From assembly GCA_963793305.1 (NCBI GenBank), contig CAWBZV010000005.1:1312001-1376000 (forward strand): a stretch of 64,000 nt of DNA, read 5' to 3'. This document shows positions 19,964 to 29,402 of this stretch, one piece after another; position 1 is the stretch's first letter; each line of letters starts with the position of its first letter. The notes below the pieces were generated by a model. It was not told the origin of the DNA. It ran no database searches and saw only the letters and a program-made list of their open reading frames with translations. Position numbers and translations under genes: made by a program. This DNA comes from an uncultured Gemmatimonadales bacterium. Its GTDB lineage: Bacteria > Gemmatimonadota > Gemmatimonadetes > Gemmatimonadales > Gemmatimonadaceae.

Positions 19964-21394
19964 CTAAAAGAGGTTCCAAAGAAACTGATTATAGACCTCG
20001 TGGTGATACTGCACCTCGGGTCCCTTGACGAATGTGCCGAGCAGCCGTGGGCAACGATCGGCGGAGGCCTGCTTGAGATCAGCGAAGCGGGCCTTCACGT
20101 CTTCGCCAAGCAGCTTGGCGGTCCATGGCGCCTTCCGGAAATTCTCGATCGCATCGTAGATGTTGTCTGGCAAGTATCGCTCGGCCTGCCGGATATTGGC
20201 GATCTTCGCCGTCTCGCCATCGAGCCCGGTCTTGAAGACCGACAGCATCACCATGTACGGATTCGCATCCGGCGCGACGGAGCGCACCTCGACTCTCGCG
20301 CTCTTCTCATTGCCGATGGGAATGCGCACCATCGATCCCCGATCCGTCGGCGACGCTTTGATCTGATTCGGCGCTTCAAAATGGGGATCGAGCCGCCGAT
20401 ACGCGTTCACGCTCGGATTCAAGGCCAGGCACACATCGTTCGCATGCGTCAGGATGCGATCGATGAACGACCACGCCATGGCGCTCATGCGCTCTTCGCC
20501 CTTCGGATCCCAAAACAGATTCTTGTTGTCCTTCGAGATCGACACGTTCGTATGCATGCCGTTGCCATTGACGCCCACCACGGGCTTCGGTAAGAACGAT
20601 GCCGTGAACCCCAGATTCGTCGCCACCTGCCGACAGATCAACTTGTAGAGCTGAATCTGATCGGCCGCGGCGACGACCTCGCCATACCCGTAGTTGATCT
20701 CGAACTGAGAGGGAGCGACCTCGGGATGGTCCTTCTCGTTCTGGAATCCCATCGCCCGCTGCACTTCCGCGGACGTATCGATGAACGTGCGCAGCGCATC
20801 ACCCGGCAACGAGGAGTAGTAGCCCCCCGTGCTCACGTATTCGAATCGATTCGTGTTGTAAAACTGGCGTTCGGCATCAACGCCCTTGAAGAGAAAGCCT
20901 TCAATCTCGTTCGCGGCGTTGAGGGTGTACCCTTGCTTGTCGAACAACGACTGGGCGTAACCCTTGAGCGCGCCGCGAATGTCGGCGGCATACGGCGAGC
21001 CGTCCTTGTCGATCACCTCGCCGAACACCAGCACTTTCCCCGAGCCGAAGAAGTCAGCCGGCGCCCAGTAGAACGCGCTCCAGTCCATGGTGAGCCGCAG
21101 GTCGCTCTCCCGCTGGGCCGTGAAGCCGCGGATCGACGACCCGTCGAACGTGAGATTGTCCCAGCTCTTGACGAGGAACTTCTTGTCATAGTCGAGCATG
21201 TGCAGCCGACCTTCGAGGTCGCTGAACAGCACCGTCACGGCCTTGATGCGCTTCTCGTCGGTCAGGTACTTGATCCGCTGCTCTTGAATCTTGTCCGGGG
21301 CGACACGATTTCGACGCTGCTCCTTCGCCTGCAGATTCAGCTGTTCCAGCTCGTCGTACGAAAGGGCCAAGAAGTTGCGCAGTTCCGCCGCCAT
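19964..21394 (-). CDS. glnA: Glutamine synthetase family protein
   Basis: FDGSSIRGF, HPEVAPSQFE, PKP..NGNGMH, NAYRRL..EAP, EVRS..ANPY. Confidence 0.85.
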   Translation of the reverse strand: MAAELRNFLALSYDELEQLNLQAKEQRRNRVAPDKIQEQRIKYLTDEKRIKAVTVLFSDLEGRLHMLDYDKKFLVKSWDNLTFDGSSIRGFTAQRESDLRLTMDWSAFYWAPADFFGSGKVLVFGEVIDKDGSPYAADIRGALKGYAQSLFDKQGYTLNAANEIEGFLFKGVDAERQFYNTNRFEYVSTGGYYSSLPGDALRTFIDTSAEVQRAMGFQNEKDHPEVAPSQFEINYGYGEVVAAADQIQLYKLICRQVATNLGFTASFLPKPVVGVNGNGMHTNVSISKDNKNLFWDPKGEERMSAMAWSFIDRILTHANDVCLALNPSVNAYRRLDPHFEAPNQIKASPTDRGSMVRIPIGNEKSARVEVRSVAPDANPYMVMLSVFKTGLDGETAKIANIRQAERYLPDNIYDAIENFRKAPWTAKLLGEDVKARFADLKQASADRCPRLLGTFVKGPEVQYHHEVYNQFLWNLF

Positions 21395-21449
21395 GTCGCT
21401 CCCTCGACTGAGATGAGTCCGCCGCCCTGAACGTAGTAATATTGCCGAG

Positions 21450-21839
21450 ATGAACTCCTCGATCCAGCGCGCCAGCGTGCTCGTCGTCGACGACGAAGAA
21501 GTCGTTTGCCACGCACTTGATGTGTTGCTGCATCGGGCCGGATACGAGGTGATCACGGCCCGTACCGGCAGTGCGGCAAAGGAGATCCTGGCGATTCGTG
21601 GCGTCGATTGTCTGATCATCGACTATCGACTGCCGGATGTCCGTGGCGATGTCGTCTTCGCCTTCGCCATCGCCCACCAGCCGCATCTGGCACGCGCGAC
21701 TGTTTTTATTACGGGCGACATTACGGACCGCGCGAGGGATTCCATCGAGGACACCGGGTGCCCGATGGTGCTCAAACCGTTCGACGCAGCGGTGTTGCTG
21801 GATCGAGTCGCCGAGCAGCTAGCTGGCAGCCGGCGTTAG
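21450..21839 (+). CDS. Single-domain response regulator
   Basis: VLVVDDE, DYRLPD, FITG, KPF. Confidence 0.85.
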   Translation: MNSSIQRASVLVVDDEEVVCHALDVLLHRAGYEVITARTGSAAKEILAIRGVDCLIIDYRLPDVRGDVVFAFAIAHQPHLARATVFITGDITDRARDSIEDTGCPMVLKPFDAAVLLDRVAEQLAGSRR

Positions 21840-21854
21840 GGATATCGTTCGGCC

Positions 21855-22593
21855 ATGACTCCATTAGGTCGATTTGTGTGGTATGACCTCCAGGTCCCCG
21901 ATCCGGCCGTCGCCATCGGGTTCTACACGAAGCTGTTCGGCTGGGGCACCGCCCCGTTCGGCGATACGTACACGATGTGGACCCTCGATGGCTTGCCCAT
22001 GGGTGGCGTGATGAAGGAGCCCGGGGTACCGCCGAACTGGCTCGCGTATGTGGCGACCCCCAATGTCGACGCCACCGCCGCGGATATCACCCGGCTCGGT
22101 GGGCGGCTGATCGTTCCGCCCACGGACATCCCGACCGTCGGCCGGTTCTCGGTGTTTATGGACCCGCAGGGGCCGGCGATCGCGGCGTTCACGGCCCAGA
22201 ACGAGTTCCCGGGGCACGAAGGCGAGCCCCACGTGAACGAGTTCGGGTGGCACGAGCTCGCCACCGGCGACTACGAGCTGGCGTTCAATTTCTACCACAC
22301 GCTCTTCGGCTGGGACCGCGGCGTCTCGGCGCCCATGGGCGAGCCGTACGGCAACTACCAAATGTTCGGCCGGAGCGGCGTGCAGCTCGGCGGCATGTAC
22401 AACAAGCCGGAGTCGATGCCAGCGCCGTTCCACTGGGTGCACTATGTCTTCGTGAAGGACGTTCGACCAGATCGCCTCGCGCGTGCCGCCGCTCGGTGGC
22501 CAGGTGATCTATGGGCCGACCGACGTGCCGGGCGGCCCGCGCATCGCGATGTTCATTGACCCGCAAGGTGCGATGTTCGCGGTATATGCGTGA
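21855..22593 (+). CDS. Two-domain VOC/glyoxalase protein, split by a +1 insertion at 22458-22464
   Basis: FVWYDL..FYTKLFGW repeated as WHEL..FYHTLFGW; removing one T restores DVDQIA..GPTDVPGG..FIDPQGAMFAV; span is 3n+1. Confidence 0.85.
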
Positions 22594-22836
22594 CTAGCGG
22601 CGCCAGCTGATCGCGCTCAGCTCGGCAGGCGATACGCGGTACCAGTCTGGTGGGTAATTCCACACCCGCCGAATTGCGTGCGCGGAGGAGAAAATGAGGC
22701 ACCGTCCTCCGCGCGCGCCGGGGATCGTCGAGGCATCGACTTCTGAGACTTCCCATTCGGTCCCGGTCTCATCCATGAACTCCCGAGCCAGCCTCGGCTC
22801 GGTCGACCTTCGAATGGGCACCTCACGGTCTCGCAT
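22594..22836 (-). CDS. Small hypothetical protein (F-D-x-x-G-x-x-W ... LIF-S ... W ... EL pattern)
   Basis: ORF REFMDETGTEWEV..CLIFSSAHAIRRVWNYPPDW..SPAEL; start uncertain. Confidence 0.55.
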   Translation of the reverse strand: MRDREVPIRRSTEPRLAREFMDETGTEWEVSEVDASTIPGARGGRCLIFSSAHAIRRVWNYPPDWYRVSPAELSAISWRR

Positions 22837-22885
22837 AACTCCGCGCAGCGCAGCAAACTCCGCGCCGCCACTCGATTGGAACCTG

Positions 22886-23695
22886 ATGTTGACGTACCTC
22901 GTGCCTCGCTGCACGCCGAGCGTAGAAACTGTCTCAGGCATAACCTATTCCCGCACCTTGCAAGTCGGCCGCGGCCGCGGCTGGCTCTCTGTGTATGCGC
23001 AGGGCGAAGCCCGCGCGCTCACAGTCGAGCTATCGCGATCGCTCCAAGGTCAGCGCGATGCCGCTCGAGAGCGTGTGAGCCGGTTGCTAGGCGTCGACGT
23101 CGATGTGCGTGGCATCAATCGAGCGCTCTCAGCCGATCCACTATTGGCGCCGCTGGTTCAACGTCACCCCGGCCTGCGCGTAGCAGGCGCGGTGGATCGC
23201 TTCGAGCTGGCACTGCGGGCGGTTCTGGGCCAACAAGTGAGCGTCGCAGCGGCCTCAACGTTCTCAGGCCGGTTGGCCACGCTCCTCGGCGATCCTCTCC
23301 AAGACGCCCCTCTGGGCCTAACGCGATTGAGCGTGACGGCCGAGCAGATCGCCGACTCTCGTCCGAGCACGATCGCACGGATCGGTCTTACCCGCGCTCG
23401 TGCCGCAACCGCGGTAGCGCTTGCCAAGGCAGTGATGGATGGCCTCCTAGCCGACGACTCCGACCCCGAGTCGCAGATCGCCGCTCTAAAGGAAGTCCCT
23501 GGAATCGGCGATTGGACCGCCTCCTACATCGCGCTGCGCGCGCTCCGTTGGCCCAATGCCTTCCCGCACGGCGACCTCGGCCTGCGCAAAGCCGCGGGCA
23601 ACCTGACCGCGCGCGAGCTACTCGCGGTCGCCGAACGCTGGCGCCCATATCGCGCCTACGCGGCGATGCATCTTTGGGCGAGCCTGCATGCCTGA
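22886..23695 (+). CDS. alkA: DNA-3-methyladenine glycosylase II (AlkA); start may be 22814
   Basis: FELALRAVLGQQVSV, HhH motif VPGIGDWTA, DLGLRKA, WRPYRAYAAMHLW. Confidence 0.88.
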   Translation: MLTYLVPRCTPSVETVSGITYSRTLQVGRGRGWLSVYAQGEARALTVELSRSLQGQRDAARERVSRLLGVDVDVRGINRALSADPLLAPLVQRHPGLRVAGAVDRFELALRAVLGQQVSVAAASTFSGRLATLLGDPLQDAPLGLTRLSVTAEQIADSRPSTIARIGLTRARAATAVALAKAVMDGLLADDSDPESQIAALKEVPGIGDWTASYIALRALRWPNAFPHGDLGLRKAAGNLTARELLAVAERWRPYRAYAAMHLWASLHA

Positions 23696-24428
23696 CTACT
23701 TCTCGGCCCAAGCGGCGACCTACGCCGCGTTTCGCCCCACCTATCCCCGCGAGCTCTTCGCGTTCGTCGCCGAGATCGCCCCACGCCGCGACTTGGTGTG
23801 GGACTGCGCCACTGGCAGCGGCCAAGCAGCGCTGGCGCTGGTCGACGATTTCGCGCGCGTCATCGCGACCGACTCGTCCGCGAAGCAACTCGCGCACGCG
23901 CCCCCGCACGAACGCATCGAGTATCGCGTCGCCCCGGCCGAGAACAGTGGCCTTCCAGCCGCCTGCGCAAACGCGATCACGGTCGCGCAGGCGTTGCATT
24001 GGTTCGATCTCGATCGCTTCTACGCCGAGGCGCGCCGCGTACTGTCACCGCGTGGCGTGTTGGTCATTTGGTCTTATAACGATGCAGTGCTCGACGACGC
24101 AGCGCTCGATGCCGAGTTGCAGCGCTACAACGCGACGACAGTGGGCCCATACTGGCCGCCGGAACGCCAGATCGTGCGCGACGGATACACCACGGTGCCA
24201 TTCCCATTCGCCCGTCTCGAAGCACCCCCGTTCACGCTGACGCGCGATTGGACGCTCGCCGAGCTAGCCGGGTACCTGAGAAGCTGGTCAGCGACCGCGC
24301 GTTACGTATCCGAGCACGGGACAGACCCGGTCGTGGAATTCGAGCGCTCGGTCTTAGCGGACCGCTGGGGCGATCCGACGCGCCCGCACAGGGTGAGTTG
24401 GCCTGTGGTCGTTCTAGCTGGACGCTGA
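23688..24428 (+). CDS. Class I SAM-dependent methyltransferase
   Basis: FS.QA..YA.FRP.YP, WDCATGSGQ, AQALHWFD. Confidence 0.9.
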   Translation: MPDYFSAQAATYAAFRPTYPRELFAFVAEIAPRRDLVWDCATGSGQAALALVDDFARVIATDSSAKQLAHAPPHERIEYRVAPAENSGLPAACANAITVAQALHWFDLDRFYAEARRVLSPRGVLVIWSYNDAVLDDAALDAELQRYNATTVGPYWPPERQIVRDGYTTVPFPFARLEAPPFTLTRDWTLAELAGYLRSWSATARYVSEHGTDPVVEFERSVLADRWGDPTRPHRVSWPVVVLAGR

Positions 24429-24522
24429 TAGGAGTCGGCTGGACGCTGATAGGAGCCGGACGACATATCGGCGTAGGCGATCTGCTTTTCGAACATCGTC
24501 CGGAGCCGATATGTCGTCCGGC
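24417..24522. repeat. 18-bp direct repeat followed by a perfect 18-bp inverted repeat (REP-like or terminator-like)
   Basis: GCTGGACGCTGATAGGAG at 24417-24434 and 24438-24455; GCCGGACGACATATCGGC at 24455-24472 is the reverse complement of 24505-24522. Confidence 0.85.
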
Positions 24523-24601
24523 GACGGGGCGCGCAGGGGCCGCTGACGGAGCCTCCTACGTACGGGGTTGTGCGTCAGTTACAAAACCGTTACTGTGACC
24601 C

Positions 24602-24931
24602 ATGCTGCTACCGAGGGCAAAATCTTTCGTATGCGACGGCGTCCAATGGCTTGCGTGGCCATCGGCAGCGCCGGATACCCCCCGGGAGGGTTGCGAAGAG
24701 CCGCTCTCCCTCGGGCCGCCGAGGATTTTCTTCCGGTCAGTGTCGGGCGACTTCCGCAGCCGCGCTTACGCGAAGGCCTCCTGGGAGGCGTTGGCGCGGT
24801 TGAGTGACGAGGAGCTTTGCGAGGAGCTCCGACTCGCGGGCACGTCCGGCGACGCGGGAGAGGTCCACGTCACGAACACGCCCGAGCCATCATCGACCAT
24901 GACGCGATCCTCGCGTCGAATGATGCGATAG
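24602..24931 (+). CDS. Small hypothetical protein with a pattern similar to 22594-22836
   Basis: SFVCDGVQW..IFFRS..W..LSDEEL; overlaps the 3' end of the convergent ORF. Confidence 0.45.
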   Translation: MLLPRAKSFVCDGVQWLAWPSAAPDTPREGCEEPLSLGPPRIFFRSVSGDFRSRAYAKASWEALARLSDEELCEELRLAGTSGDAGEVHVTNTPEPSSTMTRSSRRMMR

Positions 24932-25503
24932 TAGCTCGGGAACAGTCCGTGTTGCTCGACGCTCTCCACGAACTCGATCGTGACGGTGTACGCGCGCGCG
25001 ACCATGTGGACGGGGGTTCCCGCCTTCAAGTCCATCCAGACGCCGACGCGGATATCCCACCGCTCGTCGGGCCGATCCGCGATCGGCGGACGCGGCGGCG
25101 AGATCCGCTCCTGATCGCTCGCGAAGTCGACCAGGTCCCGTAACTCCCGCCGGCGCCGCGTCGCCGCGTTCGAAAACGGCGCGCGCAGCACCGCGGGCTT
25201 GGATGGCGGAATCTCCCCCCGCTGGAGTGCCTCCACGAGCGCCCTCACGTCCGGGTGCCGCCTGAGATCAATCAGCGTCGACGCACCGGGCGCCGTGAGC
25301 CGCGGCAAGAGGCTCCGCTTCGTGCGCCGCACGATGGTCGGGGCCAGGCACTGGGCGCAGACCACCAGGTCTCCGCTTCTCAGTCCCCGCGTGCCCACAT
25401 TGTGGTTCGAGTCGAGAGCCGTCCGCGACTGACAGAACGGGCAGCGAAGAGTCGCGGTTGGCGCCGCGGGCGAGGGCAGCGTGGCGAGTTGGTCGTCAGA
25501 CAC
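24766..25503 (-). CDS. Hypothetical protein with an N-terminal zinc-ribbon-like CxxC pair
   Basis: CPFC and CAQC; start uncertain. Confidence 0.45.
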   Translation of the reverse strand: MSDDQLATLPSPAAPTATLRCPFCQSRTALDSNHNVGTRGLRSGDLVVCAQCLAPTIVRRTKRSLLPRLTAPGASTLIDLRRHPDVRALVEALQRGEIPPSKPAVLRAPFSNAATRRRRELRDLVDFASDQERISPPRPPIADRPDERWDIRVGVWMDLKAGTPVHMVARAYTVTIEFVESVEQHGLFPSYYRIIRREDRVMVDDGSGVFVTWTSPASPDVPASRSSSQSSSSLNRANASQEAFA

Positions 25504-25653
25504 GGCGGAAGGGGGCCAGATTGCGGCACGCACGCGCGCGGCACGGATAACCCTCGGACCGCGGAAACAGGCGCATGCGCTACCCGCTACACATTATGTC
25601 AAAAGGCTTGCGAGTAAAGAGGGGAGCCGGTTATTCCGTATTGGTCCAAACCG

Positions 25654-25737
25654 GCCGGGATGGCGAAATCGGTAGACGCGAGGGACTTAAAATCCCTTGG
25701 GGGTAACCCCATGCGGGTTCGATTCCCGCTCCCGGCA
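25654..25737 (+). tRNA. tRNA-Leu(UAA), CCA not encoded
   Basis: Acceptor stem GCCGGGA/TCCCGGC, D-loop GG, anticodon stem AGGGA/TCCCT with loop CTTAAAA, long variable arm, GGTTCGATT T-loop. Confidence 0.96.
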
Positions 25738-26126
25738 TGATGCGCCGCAACGACTTACACGCTCTCGCTCGAGATCGCGCTACGCACTTTCCCTCTCACT
25801 TTCCCCTGTGCGGCGAGAGCCGCGCGCTTTCGACGTCTTCGCGTCGTCGCCGTGCGGCGGCTCGTCGCGTCGCTTCTGATCGTCCTCGCGTCGTGGCGCG
25901 TCGCCGGTGCTTACGAGCTTGAACGTACGAGCGCCGCGCTTCGCTCGCCTCGTGCTCGCTGGGGCCGGCTAGCCAGGGCTCGGCTGCCGTGGCGGGATTT
26001 TGGGCCCATCATCGGGTGCAGCCGTTACACGTGCGTTACCGCAACAGATGAGGTTATGAGTTTCCTGGAGGGAGGGGTCGTCCCCGTGGGAACGCCAAAC
26101 TTTTGAAGAGAGGTGCGATCGAAACG

Positions 26127-26495
26127 ATGTCTATCGTCAGATTTAGTTCGCCAGGGTCGGGGGGCTTGGGCGTAGCGCGAGAAGGACTGGTGTTCACTGT
26201 CATTCCCCCGCGATCGATGGAGTCCGTGAACCTTTGGATCAACGCAGCAGTCGGCATGCCGGATGTCGAAGTGAAGGTTTCCCCCGGCATCGAGGTGAGT
26301 GACGCGCTCGCCCAAAGCACCACCGAGGAGACCGTCAGCATCAGCCTTAAAGTGGGCGAGGAGAACAAGCAGCGCATTACCGCGCCGAATGGTGCGTTCG
26401 ATGTCGCGCTCTTGAACGTTAGTAAGCGGCGCGAGGGCCAAAATGCGTTTGACACATACGAGTACGAGGTGCAAGTGGAGAAGGTGAAGGAGTAG
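26127..26495 (+). CDS. Hypothetical protein
   Basis: 122-aa ORF with upstream GAGG; no recognised motif. Confidence 0.55.
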   Translation: MSIVRFSSPGSGGLGVAREGLVFTVIPPRSMESVNLWINAAVGMPDVEVKVSPGIEVSDALAQSTTEETVSISLKVGEENKQRITAPNGAFDVALLNVSKRREGQNAFDTYEYEVQVEKVKE

Positions 26496-26549
26496 CCTCC
26501 CTGTCGCGGCGCGAACGTGTGGCCAGCCAATGGGGATGCGGCCCATCGG

Positions 26550-27487
26550 CTAACCGCCGCGTCGCTCGCTCGTTTCGTCCGCGCCCTCGACCTTCAACGT
26601 GTCGCCCTCGACCCTCAGCGTGTCGGTAGTCCAGAGGTGCATCACCTTTGCCTCTGACGGTGCCTCTCGCTTATGAGACAGGATGCGCACGCCATCTTTG
26701 ATGGTGAGCGAAGCTTGGTGAAAGGGCGCGCTGGGCAAAGGAATCCGTACATCCTTGCCGTCGTCTTTCACGAGCAGCGCGCCGGCGAGTTGGATGCTGT
26801 GCATGGAGGCCACGCCCTTTGCGAACGAGTCCGAGACCTCGGCACCTTGGCTGTTCTGTCGACCGCGAGCCGCGACGAGCAGGTCCTGCGTCTCTTCCTC
26901 TCCGCGCAGCGGCAACTGGAATAGAATCGATCGCGGGTTCAGGAACGTCACCTTGGCCTTTGAAGGTCGGGGTGATGGGCGGCATCAGCACGCCGTCGAA
27001 CCACCAGTTATCGACCGCGACGCCCCAGAGCGCGAGCTCACGATTAGTCCAGTGAAGCCGAAGCTCGAACGTCGATCATCGCGCGCGCCCGGCTGCTCGC
27101 CGTCGCGTCAGCTCGTAGTGTCGATAGCTCGCCCTTCGCGGGGTCCCCCGCCTTAGCAAGTTCTTCCAACTTCGCGACGAGGTCGTCGTACTGACGGTTC
27201 GCGGCGTCTAACTTAGCGCTGAGTGATTTGTTATTGGCATCGGCGGCGGCGATCTTTTCGTCCCGCGCGCGCACCTCGGCCGTGCGCCGAGCCAGCGCGA
27301 TCGACACGTACACGAGCGAAACAGACACGAGCAGCAACGGCACCGAGCCGACGAAGTGTAGGAGTCGGCCGACGAATCCCTGGACGTCGGTGGGCGACGC
27401 GAACATCGCGACGATCGCCGCCGCCGACCCGAGACCGCCGAGGACCGTGAGAGCGCCTCGACGGATCTTGCTCCAGTCGATTCGCAT
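26550..27487 (-). CDS. Hypothetical membrane-anchored protein (2 TM plus coiled coil), apparently split by two +1 insertions
   Basis: Three consecutive ORFs (27044-27595, 26671-26991, 26550-26951) join when one base is removed at 27067-27073 and one near 26943-26962; span is 3n+2. Confidence 0.5.
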
Positions 27488-28245
27488 CGTAAGAACCGTG
27501 GCTGCGCTACCATCGCGTTCGCCGTCATGTCTTGGTCGCGCTGCTTCTAGTTCGTGTCCCATCTGCGGCTGGGAGAAATAGTCCGAGGTACTCACTAGAC
27601 GCTTCTCTTAGAATGTGGGCGATTTATCAATCCTGCGCAAAGGTGGGTACCCGCCACCATGCGCGAAGAGCGCGGCGTAGCGAGCGGATTATCGACAATT
27701 CCGTCCTCCACGAGCGGAAAAGGTGCTACGTGCGCGCACCACTCCTGCCACGTCACCGCAACACCTGGGGTGGTTATGATCGCGCGCACGAGTAACGCGC
27801 GCGTGTAACATGCTCGCGTGTGACCTGCGCGCCAAAAGTTGTCATCCAAGCGCACGATTAAGCGCGAGCAACATCGCTCGACTCGGCGATGACGGTCGTC
27901 GTGCACGTCCAAAACCCGTCTTCCTCGACCATGCTAGCGCGCTCACGTACGAACAACGCGCTCCCGCGCACGTCAGCAGAACGGCCTGTCACTGTTGCGA
28001 GTGCTCTCGATGTGGCAAGTACCGTCTGCCACGCGAGTCGGTTAGTTCTACGTCGCGCCCCCAATACTTGGCGCGCGCCGCGATTACTAACCGTGCGCGT
28101 TTTAAACGGTCGCGCGCGCTATTTCCGGGGTGCCGCCGCGCTCGTGCGGCGTTTACGGCTCTATCCCTGGCAGGGGGGCGAGGTGATGACCGGACTGATC
28201 CTGACCGCGATATTTCCAGCGGACCTACATCAAGGTTGTGATGCT

Positions 28246-28956
28246 ATGCCGAGAAAGTTCGACAACGTATTTGTTCTTCCGGACGGGCGGTCGGTGCGCG
28301 TAACGGGAGAATTTCCGGACAACGAATGGCAGGCGCTCGTTCGGTTCGTGAGCCGCGCGGACAGGCTCCGCGAAAGTCCGCTCGTTCAGGAAGATATGCG
28401 CCAGATCTCCGAGCTCTTGATCGCCATTCCATCCGGCGAGGGGTTGACGACGCGCGAGCTAGAGCGGCTCCCCCTCAACGATCTCGCGATGAGCCTGCGG
28501 CCGTTCGTCTTAGACAATGACGCGACGTTCTTCTTCAAGATACTGAACTATCTCTCGCACCGGATCGAGGACGATGACGTGCGCGAGTGGTTCAAGCGGC
28601 TCAGGCGTGAATTCCAAGGTTTGGAGCTACAAAAGGACTTCGAGGTAATGTGCGGCAGCGTGAACGTGACCTCGTACGAGTTCCTCAAGCAATGGCTCAC
28701 CGCGAAGGTCTACCACGTGGCACCCGACCTAGAGGACGAGGTGGACAAGACGCTGGCCGCCGTTGATCCGCAGGTCATGCGCCACTGCATGGGCCTTATG
28801 ATGGGGTTGATAGCTGCCTGCGTGTCGTTCGTATACGATCTGATCTTGGCGTTGCGCGACGGCACGCCCGTGACCATTTGGAGAGGACCGATCGGTCAAG
28901 CGACGATCGAGTGGACGCCGGATGCCCCGCCGCCCGCCCGTACGTCTCAGACGTAA
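28246..28956 (+). CDS. Hypothetical protein
   Basis: 236-aa ORF from MPRKFDNVF with protein-like composition; no family assigned. Confidence 0.65.
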   Translation: MPRKFDNVFVLPDGRSVRVTGEFPDNEWQALVRFVSRADRLRESPLVQEDMRQISELLIAIPSGEGLTTRELERLPLNDLAMSLRPFVLDNDATFFFKILNYLSHRIEDDDVREWFKRLRREFQGLELQKDFEVMCGSVNVTSYEFLKQWLTAKVYHVAPDLEDEVDKTLAAVDPQVMRHCMGLMMGLIAACVSFVYDLILALRDGTPVTIWRGPIGQATIEWTPDAPPPARTSQT

Positions 28957-29019
28957 ATGCGGGAGAGCTGGCGGGCCGCCGCCCGGGTCACAGGCGACGC
29001 GCTCGCGCCGGAGACCAGC

Positions 29020-29280
29020 TTGAATCCGCCGGAGCCGGATCACCGCGTTCCGTAAGCTTGCCGTCGCGAGCGTGACGACGCGGCTCGCGGCGACGGTGAT
29101 CGTGATCTCCGCGCTGGCGTCGTTGTCGAGCGGCGTGTAGACGCTCAGGTATTCGACTCCGGAATCTCAGAGCGACTACTCCGCGGAGCCGTATTGGCTG
29201 ACCTGATATGCGAGTGTCGCGGCGGTCCAGGTGCTGGGCATCACGATGGTGAACGCGACACGACCGTCGGCGCTTTGTTT
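29020..29280 (-). pseudogene. Remnant of a phage-like protein gene
   Basis: Reads IVMPSTWTAATLAYQVSQYG..*SL*..EITITVAASRVVTL with two in-frame stops; resembles a small prophage protein family as recalled (MPxxWTAAxLTFQVSxDG..TITxAASR). Confidence 0.5.
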
Positions 29281-29402
29281 ACGACGGCCTGTTTCTGCAT
29301 GGCAGTAAGGCAGGGCAACTGCGAACCCTTGTTGACCACGCTATCCATCGACTACTAGTGATCAAGCAAAACGACGAGATCTCTGCCGAGTTCTAATTCT
29401 GG

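Noticed and set aside
25790..26000. Integrase C-terminal remnant next to the tRNA
   Set aside because: No R-H-R-Y catalytic motif recognised in any frame
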